From IMG/VR virus record IMGVR_UViG_3300020043_005694, positions 1 to 41,566 of that record: a stretch of 41,566 nt of DNA; one strand, given 5' to 3'. The position numbers and the translations under genes were made by a program. A model generated the notes under the pieces. That model searched no databases, was not told the origin of the DNA, and worked only from the letters and a program-made list of their open reading frames with translations. Source of the stretch: a virus. Taxonomy: Duplodnaviria; Caudoviricetes. Below are positions 1-7,019 of the stretch, piece after piece (position 1 is the first letter of the stretch; each line of letters opens with the position of its first letter).

Positions 1-357
1 GCTGGTACTTGTGATTTGGTTTGTGAAATAGATGGAGAATTATGGATTATAGACTTTAAAACCTCAAATCACCTCCAAACTACTTATGATCTTCAAACAG
101 CTATTTATGCTCAATGTTTTGAAGAATGTTTTGGTAAAAAAGTAGACCGTATAGGTATATTATGGTTAAAATCTTCTAAGAGAGGACCAGCCAAAGGTAA
201 GATTCAAGGTAAAGGATGGGAAGTATATGAATCTTCTCGTTCTAAAGAAGAAAATTTAAGTATTTTTCAAACTGTTAAAAGTTTATTCGACTTAGAAAAC
301 CCCAACCCATCCCCAATATTTACAGAGTTTAGAACTAAAGCTAAACGAAATTTGTAA
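1..357 (+). CDS. PD-(D/E)XK exonuclease, C-terminal part (runs off window start)
   Basis: Frame reads AGTCDLV...WIIDFKTS...LQTAIYA, i.e. the D, DxK and QxxxY motifs of RecB/Cas4-like phage nucleases. Confidence 0.8.
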   Translation, partial: AGTCDLVCEIDGELWIIDFKTSNHLQTTYDLQTAIYAQCFEECFGKKVDRIGILWLKSSKRGPAKGKIQGKGWEVYESSRSKEENLSIFQTVKSLFDLENPNPSPIFTEFRTKAKRNL

Positions 358-378
358 TATTTATTACAAATATTTGCT

Positions 379-1140
379 ATGAAATTATTGTCTATCCTTT
401 TAGAGGCTATAACCAGTCCTAAAGCTATATTCTTAACTGGTCCTTCTGGGGCGGGTAAGACAACTTTGCTTAGCCAATTAAATCTTAAAGGATTTGAAAC
501 TATAAATGTTGATGATACTTATGAAGCCTTACTTAAAGCTTCGGGGTTAGGAACAGATTTTAAAAAATTTACCCCTGACCAAATAGCACAAGCTGGTAAA
601 TTTATGAGCCAAGCTCGAACAGCTACTAAAGAAAAAGAATCAGAAGTTATAGCTAATTTAAAAAATATAATCATAGATGCACCTGGAGCATCTTCAGGAC
701 CCCTATTAAAGAAAAAACAAGAACTTGAAGATTTAGGTTATGATACTTTTATGTTTATGGTTGTTGTTCCTGTAATGACTTCTTTAGATAGAAATTCTAA
801 ACGTGATAGATCTTTACCCCCAAGTGCTGTTATAAAAAATTGGGAAGGGGTATTTAAAAATATACCTGTTTATCAATCTGAATTTGGCCCAAATATGACT
901 ATTATTAATAATAGCCCTGAAGGAGAAAATTTTGAATTTGATCCTAATGAATATGTAAAAAGATATATTAAAGGTGAAGATAAAGTAGTAGGTAAACCTA
1001 AAACTCCTGAGGAGGAAGCTAAAAAAAAGAAAGATATGGATGAATTATTTAAAAATATCCAACAACTATTGAACCAGAAAATAGACTTTGATTCTCTCCC
1101 TTCAGCTAAATCTAAACTAAATAAATTTTTAACTCAGTGA
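379..1140 (+). CDS. P-loop kinase (AAA_33/zeta-toxin-like)
   Basis: PKAIFLTGPSGAGKTT Walker A, INVDD, NIIID, lid motif RNSKRDRSLP. Confidence 0.75.
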   Translation: MKLLSILLEAITSPKAIFLTGPSGAGKTTLLSQLNLKGFETINVDDTYEALLKASGLGTDFKKFTPDQIAQAGKFMSQARTATKEKESEVIANLKNIIIDAPGASSGPLLKKKQELEDLGYDTFMFMVVVPVMTSLDRNSKRDRSLPPSAVIKNWEGVFKNIPVYQSEFGPNMTIINNSPEGENFEFDPNEYVKRYIKGEDKVVGKPKTPEEEAKKKKDMDELFKNIQQLLNQKIDFDSLPSAKSKLNKFLTQ

Positions 1141-1514
1141 ATAGATTAGTTCAAGAATTAATTAAACCTTTTTTAGATGAGGTTGATTCAAAATATGATG
1201 TTGTAATTTATGGAGGTGGATTTAAACCACCTACAAAGGGACATCTTAGAACAGCCTTAAAAGCGTACCAAATACCTTCTAATGAACATCAAATTGTAAT
1301 TGGTTCGGGAGTTAGAGACAAAATTACATCAGAAGATTCATTAAAGATTTGGCAATTGTATCAAAATAAGGAAGGTTTACCTCAAGATATTAAAATATTT
1401 CAAGCTTCTTCTCCTGTAAAATATGCTTTAGATTTAGCTAAAGAAAATCCTGATTTAAAAATTGCTTTTATAGCAGGTGTTACTTACTGCTATATATTAA
1501 TATACTATACCTAA
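1137..1514 (+). pseudogene. Cytidylyltransferase-like (HxGH class) nucleotidyltransferase, truncated at ~1480
   Basis: YGGGFKPPTKGH motif; after AFIAG the frame runs into non-coding-looking DNA (VTYCYILIYYT) that holds an antisense promoter. Confidence 0.6.
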
Positions 1515-1530
1515 CGTTAGGAAAAAGCAA
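1502..1530 (-). promoter_or_regulatory. Leftward sigma70-type promoter TTGCTT-N17-TAGTAT with palindrome in the spacer
   Basis: -35 at 1530-1525, -10 at 1507-1502; perfect palindrome CCTAACGTTAGG 1510-1521; degenerate copy CCCAGCGTTAGG 1547-1558. Confidence 0.65.
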
Positions 1531-1531
1531 G

Positions 1532-1540
1532 TTATCCACA
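1532..1540 (+). promoter_or_regulatory. DnaA box TTATCCACA
   Basis: Perfect consensus, 1 nt from the -35 of the leftward promoter. Confidence 0.6.
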
Positions 1541-1646
1541 TTTATACCCAGCGTTAGGTAATAGGTAACAATTACATACACTTGTAAAGTAAGTGCTATG
1601 TATTCATATATAGGATATCACCGGCACTACACAACTAGTGTTTTTG

Positions 1647-1729
1647 TTGTGTACTTATATACATTTACATATTGTATTTATGTTGTGTAATATTATCTAT
1701 TTACAATATATAAAAACATTGTGTAATAT
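1647..1729. repeat. TTGTGTA array with 36-bp period
   Basis: TTGTGTA at 1647, 1683, 1719; the first two continue N9-ATTTACA; inverted copy TACACAA at 1628. Confidence 0.65.
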
Positions 1730-1731
1730 AA

Positions 1732-1770
1732 AACCAAAGAAACCCCAGTTACGGGGTGTTTTTTTTGGTT
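1732..1770. terminator. Bidirectional intrinsic terminator
   Basis: ACCCC-AGTTAC-GGGGT hairpin with A-tract before and T-tract after; downstream of the leftward chaperonin operon. Confidence 0.65.
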
Positions 1771-1912
1771 CTCCCCCTAGGTATACCCGCGCGCCCGCAT
1801 GTACGCGCACGAGGACTTTTTTGGAAGAAAATTATTTCGGTCTGGAAAAGTATTTTGAAAACCTTTTTTGGAAAAGTGTTTTTTAAAAGTGCTTTCCCCG
1901 GTTTGCCCAAAA

Positions 1913-2089
1913 TTAGGGGTGTGTGAGGAGTTTAGTGAGACAAGTGTATGGGTCTATCTCTCTTACCTCTAGTGGATTGCCTTCTCGGTTCCAGTAGCCC
2001 TTCCAGTTACCGTCGATTTGTTTAACCAGGAGGATTTCATTCTCTTTTACTTTAGGACTCTCTTTAGTTGGTTGGTGCAGCTCTGACAT
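1913..2089 (-). CDS. Hypothetical protein, 58 aa (not in ORF track)
   Basis: MSELHQPTKESPKVKENEILLVKQIDGNWKGYW...LLTHP*, overlapping the upstream gene. Confidence 0.6.
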   Translation of the reverse strand: MSELHQPTKESPKVKENEILLVKQIDGNWKGYWNREGNPLEVREIDPYTCLTKLLTHP

Positions 2090-2199
2090 AGGTGTGTTTT
2101 AGAGGTAGCTATTACGTTACTTCCTTTTAATACAATCTTTCTTTTAGCCGTAAACAAGGCTCTGCGGTGGCAGTTATCACACTTAGAGAGGAGCTTCAT
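2047..2199 (-). CDS. Small zinc-finger protein, 50 aa (not in ORF track)
   Basis: MKLLSKCDNC...HLCQSC..., two CxxC; start overlaps the groEL end. Confidence 0.6.
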   Translation of the reverse strand: MKLLSKCDNCHRRALFTAKRKIVLKGSNVIATSKTHLCQSCTNQLKRVLK

Positions 2200-3682
2200 G
2201 GTCAGGGAAGGTTACGATAGTAGGTGCAGAGAGGGCAGTAGCAGCCACACTCACGGCATTACGCACAGCATTTACTTCTACGTTGGTTGGGTTAACAATA
2301 CCAGCTTCAATTAAGTTCACTGGCTTACGGGTACGTGTGTCGTAGCCGTAGCCAAGCTTGAGGTCAGTGGCTTCTATCCCGGCGTTCATTAAGATTTGAA
2401 ACATCGGAGCCTTGAGTGCCCAGCCCAGTATCTTTCCACCTATTGTATCGCTTGGTGTGTAGGCGTAAGCCATCGTGACACCAGCACCAGGGACAATACC
2501 ACCGTGGAGGGCTTGATAGGCAGCACTGATAGCGTCTTCTACCTTAAGGCGACGGTACGATAGGGCTGATTCACTAGGAGCTCCCACGAAGTATCTTGCG
2601 GTCTTAGTGTTAAGACGTGATACGCGGTGTGCGCTGTCTTCTGTGGATTCATCTTGTAAGATTTTGATATGGTCGGTCATATCCTGTACGCCGTCAATGA
2701 AGGTGTCTGACTTAGTGATGATGATGTCTACACACGTACCGAGGTCTTCGAGCTTGGCTTCTTTCATACCGTATGAGGCGGGGTCAATAAGCTTGGCTCC
2801 AGTTGCTAGTGTCAAGTCTTCAAACCATTGGTCTTTCCAGAGTACGGGCATCTTTACAATCACGATACGGAAGCCACGAGCCATACGTGTCTTAACGAGG
2901 TCGGGTACTACCAGTGGGTCTACTTCATCAGCAAACACCACGAGGTCAGTTGTTCCTTTAGCATGGAGCATTGCTGCGAGGCGTTCAAAGTCAGCAGCTG
3001 AGGCTACCTTTTGTTTTGATACTAGTATCTTAGGGTTCTTTAAGCGGATTTGGTTGGTATTCGCGCCGGTATCACTCGCGTCACACATATACGGGCTAAG
3101 GTATCCAGCTCCATTGACAGTGATACCTGAGCCAATCGTGTATGAGTCTTCGGTGGTCTTTGATACATCCCAGTACACCAATCCTTCCTTACCAATCGTT
3201 TGGTATATCTCTTGGATACGGTTGCCAATCTCCTCATCTTCTGCCGAGATAGTGGCTACTTGAGATACATTGTCCACAGTGATGTCCACAGACTGAGCTC
3301 GGATAGCTGCTTCAACCTTTGGCAGTTCTTCTTCGAGTGAGCGTTTAATCTCAATCGCTGAGTATTCTGAGTTCATCCCCGCTTCAATGATAGCTGCCGT
3401 AAGGACAGTGGTGGTACTAGAGCCGTCACCGGACTGTTTGTTAGCACGTGATACTGCTTCCTGGAGGATTTGTTTACCCATCTGTTCGATTGGGTCAGCA
3501 AACTGAATAGCCTGGAGAATAGTGAAGCCGTCGTTTGTCGTGAGGAAGCCAGGATTTTCTATTGCCTGAATGATAGCGTTCGAGCCAAGGCTGCCCATCG
3601 TAGCTCCTACAGCTTTACTAGCTTTGTTAATACCTGATACGAGGCGGGCGGTTGCGTCTGTGTATAAGTTATCGTGTGCCAT
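2183..3682 (-). CDS. groL: Phage chaperonin GroEL (Cpn60), divergent
   Basis: TNDGFTI, GDGSSTTTVL, VATISA, KVEDAISA, GIVPGAG; 499 aa, no GGM tail. Confidence 0.95.
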   Translation of the reverse strand: MAHDNLYTDATARLVSGINKASKAVGATMGSLGSNAIIQAIENPGFLTTNDGFTILQAIQFADPIEQMGKQILQEAVSRANKQSGDGSSTTTVLTAAIIEAGMNSEYSAIEIKRSLEEELPKVEAAIRAQSVDITVDNVSQVATISAEDEEIGNRIQEIYQTIGKEGLVYWDVSKTTEDSYTIGSGITVNGAGYLSPYMCDASDTGANTNQIRLKNPKILVSKQKVASAADFERLAAMLHAKGTTDLVVFADEVDPLVVPDLVKTRMARGFRIVIVKMPVLWKDQWFEDLTLATGAKLIDPASYGMKEAKLEDLGTCVDIIITKSDTFIDGVQDMTDHIKILQDESTEDSAHRVSRLNTKTARYFVGAPSESALSYRRLKVEDAISAAYQALHGGIVPGAGVTMAYAYTPSDTIGGKILGWALKAPMFQILMNAGIEATDLKLGYGYDTRTRKPVNLIEAGIVNPTNVEVNAVRNAVSVAATALSAPTIVTFPDHEAPL

Positions 3683-3887
3683 ATTCTATGTTAAATCGGG
3701 GGTCATTAGATTGTAGGGCTTGCCTTATGTGGTAAGAGATATAAATGTGATTAGGTGTATCTATTGGGAAATGCTTTTTAAGTCCACACCGTGAGCATCG
3801 CTCTACTAATCCTTTATTATCACTCATGAGGATTTTAAAGTCATGGAGCATACTGCGGCGACACTCACTATTCTGGTAGCGGCTCAT
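3669..3887 (-). CDS. Small Cys/His zinc-binding protein
   Basis: C..HDF..ERCSRCG; overlaps groES and groEL. Confidence 0.6.
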   Translation of the reverse strand: MSRYQNSECRRSMLHDFKILMSDNKGLVERCSRCGLKKHFPIDTPNHIYISYHIRQALQSNDPRFNIEYGTR

Positions 3888-4110
3888 AGGCTACGAGGTC
3901 TTTATATTCCACAAACCAGACAAACTTATCCAACTCTCCTTTGACGGGGAACTTCTTAGCAAGCCATGAGTCAAAATACACTAGCGTTCCTTTGAGTTCA
4001 TCCGGGCCTTCAAGCACAGTTCCTACCTCCTGGTAAGTTGTACGGTCTGAAGCCATAAAGGTGTCAGTTTCGAGTGGCTGTATCATCAGGTGATTGTTGA
4101 GTGGTTTCAT
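3868..4110 (-). CDS. groS: Co-chaperonin GroES-like protein, 80 aa (start revised to ATG 4110)
   Basis: MKPLNNHLMIQP...GTVLEG...GTLVYF...FVEYKDLVA follows the Cpn10 pattern; next to groEL. Confidence 0.75.
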   Translation of the reverse strand: MKPLNNHLMIQPLETDTFMASDRTTYQEVGTVLEGPDELKGTLVYFDSWLAKKFPVKGELDKFVWFVEYKDLVAYEPLPE

Positions 4111-4330
4111 CGTCAAATGACTTAAATGGGTCTTCGGCTTGCATATTGATAATAGTAGCCATACCACTAGAACTAGAACTAGAAGTGAACGTATAGTCGG
4201 GAGCAGGTACAACTATTGGTGGTACTACCTCCATAAATCCGTTGGTGGTGGATTGGTAGTACTTAACCGATTTCAATTCCTCTACCGTATAGCGACTGAT
4301 GTCGAGTAAGTTTTTAATGCGCTTGAACAT
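4064..4330 (-). CDS. Hypothetical protein
   Basis: ATG ORF tightly packed in the operon. Confidence 0.6.
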   Translation of the reverse strand: MFKRIKNLLDISRYTVEELKSVKYYQSTTNGFMEVVPPIVVPAPDYTFTSSSSSSGMATIINMQAEDPFKSFDDETTQQSPDDTATRN

Positions 4331-4331
4331 A

Positions 4332-4547
4332 CTATTCCTTCTCCATGAAGGTGGACTCTACAGGTTCTTCTGCCGCTGGCTTTGGTGTCAGGATGACAGG
4401 GGTACTTTGCATAGTAACCTTAAAACCACCAGCTCCATCCGGTACGAACACAGGGTAGGTAGCGAAGTCTACTTGATGCTTCTCTACGAGTTCACCATAT
4501 TCTTTTAAAAACTCATTCCTCTTAGCTACTTTTTCTTCTTCGGTCAT
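4332..4547 (-). CDS. Hypothetical protein
   Basis: ATG ORF with AT-rich leader, first gene of the leftward operon. Confidence 0.7.
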   Translation of the reverse strand: MTEEEKVAKRNEFLKEYGELVEKHQVDFATYPVFVPDGAGGFKVTMQSTPVILTPKPAAEEPVESTFMEKE

Positions 4548-4579
4548 ATAAATATATTATATTAGTAACACTTCCGTAA

Positions 4580-4709
4580 GCCTCCGTTAAGCGTCGAACT
4601 TAACTTGGCTCTGTAGCCCTGTGCGGGGTTGGGGTAACTTGTGGGAAAGTATCTTATTAGGTTTCATATTATTATGGTACACAGGCTGGAGCAAAGACCA
4701 TCTGGAGGC
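4580..4709 (-). ncRNA. Putative tRNA/tmRNA-like structured RNA
   Basis: GCCTCC/GGAGGC closing stem stacked on GTTAAG-TTCGACG-CTTAAC T-arm; long internal helix 4692-4679/4624-4608. Confidence 0.45.
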
Positions 4710-4727
4710 GGCATAGAACTATCTATG

Positions 4728-4752
4728 TACTATTGTACTATACACAATAGTA
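4728..4752. promoter_or_regulatory. Operator-like inverted repeat in the divergent region
   Basis: TACTATTGT-N7-ACAATAGTA, perfect 9-bp arms; overlaps a leftward TACAAT -10-like hexamer. Confidence 0.5.
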
Positions 4753-4764
4753 AACAGGTAGGGG

Positions 4765-4793
4765 TTGTACTTGTGGATAACGGGTGCTATGCT
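4765..4793 (+). promoter_or_regulatory. Rightward promoter TTGTAC-N17-TATGCT with a DnaA box in the spacer
   Basis: Extended -10 TG at 4785; TGTGGATAA 4772-4780 is a perfect DnaA box on the minus strand. Confidence 0.6.
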
Positions 4794-4843
4794 AAATGTG
4801 CGTTTATTTATTGTTTAGTAAACGTTTTCTATTGCAACAACGT

Positions 4844-4874
4844 CACCTATCCTTTCCCAAGGGTAGGTGGTTTT
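4844..4874 (+). terminator. Intrinsic terminator
   Basis: CACCTATCCTT-TCCC-AAGGGTAGGTG followed by GTTTT. Confidence 0.65.
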
Positions 4875-4882
4875 GGTATAAT
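4874..4882 (+). promoter_or_regulatory. Extended -10 promoter TGgTATAAT
   Basis: Perfect TGnTATAAT upstream of a structured leader and the CHAP gene. Confidence 0.6.
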
Positions 4883-4988
4883 AAAGCTTCCAGTTATGGC
4901 GCGAGCGCATCCCTCTGTATAGCATCGGTAGTCAGGTAGATTAGTCCTCCTACTGCCGTGAGAATTTCAGTCACTCCATTTATGGCTT

Positions 4989-5399
4989 ATAAAATATCTA
5001 TTTATAATTATTCTCTTGGCGTTACCATTTACGGTAATCGCACAGCCAAAAGAACCTATACCCACGGGTAACTTAGCGGATGTAATTCTGCTCAAGGAAA
5101 ACAACCCAAACCCCATTCCGGTCATCATACCGAATACTGTTTTGTGTAATTGTTGGGCGTATGTTAAGTCTGTCTATCCATCACTACCATCAAGCAGCAG
5201 TATCAAAGCTAACCTCACTGGCACTGGTTCTGTGGCAGTTTTTTATTACCCTAAAGTTGGACTCCATCATTACGCGGTAGTCGTTAGTGAAACAAATGAT
5301 AGCTACCTCATTGAAGAAACTAACTATAAACGATGCAAAAAAGGTAGCCGAACTATTCCAAAAGACGACCCTAGTCTCATTGGGTTTTTCCCCATTTAA
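4989..5399 (+). CDS. Secreted CHAP-like peptidoglycan hydrolase (start uncertain: ATA 4989 or TTG 5016)
   Basis: NCWAYV (Cys), GSVAVF, HYAVV (His), EETN; in-frame signal-peptide-like IKYLFIIILLALPFTVIA. Confidence 0.7.
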   Translation: MKYLFIIILLALPFTVIAQPKEPIPTGNLADVILLKENNPNPIPVIIPNTVLCNCWAYVKSVYPSLPSSSSIKANLTGTGSVAVFYYPKVGLHHYAVVVSETNDSYLIEETNYKRCKKGSRTIPKDDPSLIGFFPI

Positions 5400-5402
5400 C
5401 AC

Positions 5403-5431
5403 TTGTTATCTAGTATGAGTTATAGTACTAT
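5403..5431 (+). promoter_or_regulatory. Promoter TTGTTA-N17-TACTAT
   Basis: Intergenic, correct spacing, ahead of the exonuclease operon. Confidence 0.55.
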
Positions 5432-5458
5432 ATACGTGTTACCAATTAAGAAATCATT

Positions 5459-5632
5459 ATGGAATCAGAGGCACATAGCTGCGAGTTTTGCCAAGACACG
5501 GGCTACGTACAAAACGTTGAGTTTGATGAAGACTCACACACATACCAAGACGCAGGATTAATCATTTGTAAGCACCCAAACAATTATGAAGACTATACTG
5601 GAGCTACTGTCGGAAATAGAGAAATCGACTAA
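5459..5632 (+). CDS. Hypothetical protein, 57 aa (not in ORF track)
   Basis: MESEAHSCEFCQDTGYV...; CxxCxxxG motif. Confidence 0.55.
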   Translation: MESEAHSCEFCQDTGYVQNVEFDEDSHTYQDAGLIICKHPNNYEDYTGATVGNREID

Positions 5633-5753
5633 AGAACTGACACAAGCTGTGAATGAATTATCAATGCCGTTCGCTGGTATGATTGATACAGAAGCTATTG
5701 AGCAGGTCGAAGACGAACGGAACAAAGACCACTACGAAGCTGAACAGATATGA
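5586..5753 (+). CDS. Hypothetical acidic helical protein, 55 aa (not in ORF track)
   Basis: MKTILELLSEIEK...; ATGA overlap with the exonuclease start. Confidence 0.6.
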   Translation: MKTILELLSEIEKSTKELTQAVNELSMPFAGMIDTEAIEQVEDERNKDHYEAEQI

Positions 5754-6436
5754 GTTACGCCTTTAATGCCGCAAGGCACATCCATACGTGGGAAGGTAAG
5801 CCTCTACACGGAGTAACAAGTGTATTGAAGATGTGGGGCGACCCAGGAGCATTGATAGGATGGGCGGCCAACCAAGCTGTCGATGCTATTGTGAGAGGGG
5901 AGAGTCCTGAAGATGCTCGTAAGGCTCACCTGAAAATCCGTGACGCTGCCGGTGATAAAGGAAAAGAAGTTCATGCCGTTCTTGAAGAAGTTATGAACAA
6001 GTGGATTAAAACTAAAACAATGCCGTTGACTGATGATGAAGTCATAAACTCCGTTATTGAATGGATGAGTAACGAAGGATACAAACCAATTAAGTCGGAG
6101 TTCCCTGTCTATAACCTTGACCTTTGGTACGCTGGCATCATGGATGCTGTAGTAGAAAAAGAAGGTCAGCGGTTCATCTTAGACTTCAAGACTTCAGGTT
6201 CACTCCAGACTAAAAACTTCTACCAGTGTGGAGCATACAGTTTGGCCATTAAGAACATGAAGGAGGAATCTGAGGTAGGTGGAGCAATTATTGTTCACAT
6301 TCCTAAAGGACTGTCCTTTAATCCAGAAACTAATGTTTATGTACGTTATGATATAGGACACCTAGAGACAGCGTTCACCAATATCTTAGAGACATATAAA
6401 CTTGACCAAGAAATTACTAAGCTGATTAAGTATTAA
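5750..6436 (+). CDS. PD-(D/E)XK (RecB/Cas4-like) exonuclease
   Basis: GVTSVL, GKEVH, SE...YAGIMD...ILDFKTS...YQCGAY. Confidence 0.85.
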   Translation: MSYAFNAARHIHTWEGKPLHGVTSVLKMWGDPGALIGWAANQAVDAIVRGESPEDARKAHLKIRDAAGDKGKEVHAVLEEVMNKWIKTKTMPLTDDEVINSVIEWMSNEGYKPIKSEFPVYNLDLWYAGIMDAVVEKEGQRFILDFKTSGSLQTKNFYQCGAYSLAIKNMKEESEVGGAIIVHIPKGLSFNPETNVYVRYDIGHLETAFTNILETYKLDQEITKLIKY

Positions 6437-6439
6437 ACT

Positions 6440-6826
6440 ATGATTGAAAAAGTAACTATCGCTCGGTTGTCTTTTATTGAAAAGGACAAAGAGGGTAATC
6501 CGTTAAAGACTAAAGACGGTAAGCCATACACACGCTGTCTCTTAGACACGACCGATGGCCGTAAGATGTCCGGCTTCTCTAACCCCGTCGCTAAGACCTG
6601 GCAGCAGGGTGACGAAGTGGAGATTGACGTAGAGAAGAACGGTGAGTACTGGAACTTTAAAACCCCGAAGAAGGAAGCAGGTGGTGGTAACTACCAGGAG
6701 CAATTAGACCGCATTGAGAAGATGCTTAATGTCCTGTATGCCTTAATGGTTCCAGCCAGCGGAGTACCAAAAGATTCCATTTACGCCAAACAAGAACCAG
6801 CAGCAGTAGACCCTAACGACTTCTAA
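6440..6826 (+). CDS. Probable single-stranded DNA-binding protein
   Basis: OB-fold-like beta-rich N-terminus (GDEVEIDVEKNGEYWNF), acidic tail ending DF, follows the exonuclease. Confidence 0.55.
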   Translation: MIEKVTIARLSFIEKDKEGNPLKTKDGKPYTRCLLDTTDGRKMSGFSNPVAKTWQQGDEVEIDVEKNGEYWNFKTPKKEAGGGNYQEQLDRIEKMLNVLYALMVPASGVPKDSIYAKQEPAAVDPNDF

Positions 6827-6832
6827 AACACT

Positions 6833-6854
6833 AAGAGCCCTTCGGGGCTTTTTT
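6833..6854 (+). terminator. Intrinsic terminator
   Basis: AAGAGCCC-TTCG-GGGCTTTTTT. Confidence 0.85.
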
Positions 6855-6855
6855 G

Positions 6856-6900
6856 TTATCCCCAGTTGTGAATACACAGCCGTAAGAGCTATGGTATTAT
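6856..6900 (+). promoter_or_regulatory. Near-consensus DnaA box plus extended -10 promoter for the replication operon
   Basis: TTATCCCCA 6856-6864 (1 mismatch); TGgTATTAT 6892-6900. Confidence 0.5.
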
Positions 6901-6907
6901 TACAAGT

Positions 6908-7014
6908 ACCTCAATCGGGGTGGCCAGTGAAATAAAAAGTCGAGTAGCTTCACTAGCGACCTCAGTTGTGGTCGGCTCCCGAGTAATCGGGCGCTGGCCA
7001 GAGTTGAGGTCGCT
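6908..7014 (+). promoter_or_regulatory. Structured 5' leader of the replication initiator
   Basis: Long hairpin 6955-7014 capped by GTAA, plus an alternative pairing partner at 6908-6929. Confidence 0.6.
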
Positions 7015-7019
7015 TTTAT

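Noticed and set aside
1647-1729. Possible mini CRISPR array
   Set aside because: Conserved core is only 7-11 bp, the whole period is 36 bp, and no cas operon is present
1638-1886. 82-aa ORF with LC repeats
   Set aside because: Translation of the 36-bp DNA array; it crosses a terminator and low-complexity tracts
2607-3263. 218-aa plus-strand ORF
   Set aside because: Antisense shadow of groEL
4580-4709. Canonical tRNA or tmRNA gene
   Set aside because: No U8, no 7-nt anticodon loop, no CCA, no G3-U70, too short for tmRNA; kept only as tRNA-like
4641-4922. 93-aa ORF across the divergent region
   Set aside because: Runs through promoters, an inverted repeat and a terminator; no protein-like features
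5750-6436. cas4 as part of a CRISPR system
   Set aside because: Stand-alone phage exonuclease next to an SSB-like gene; no Fe-S cysteine set, no array
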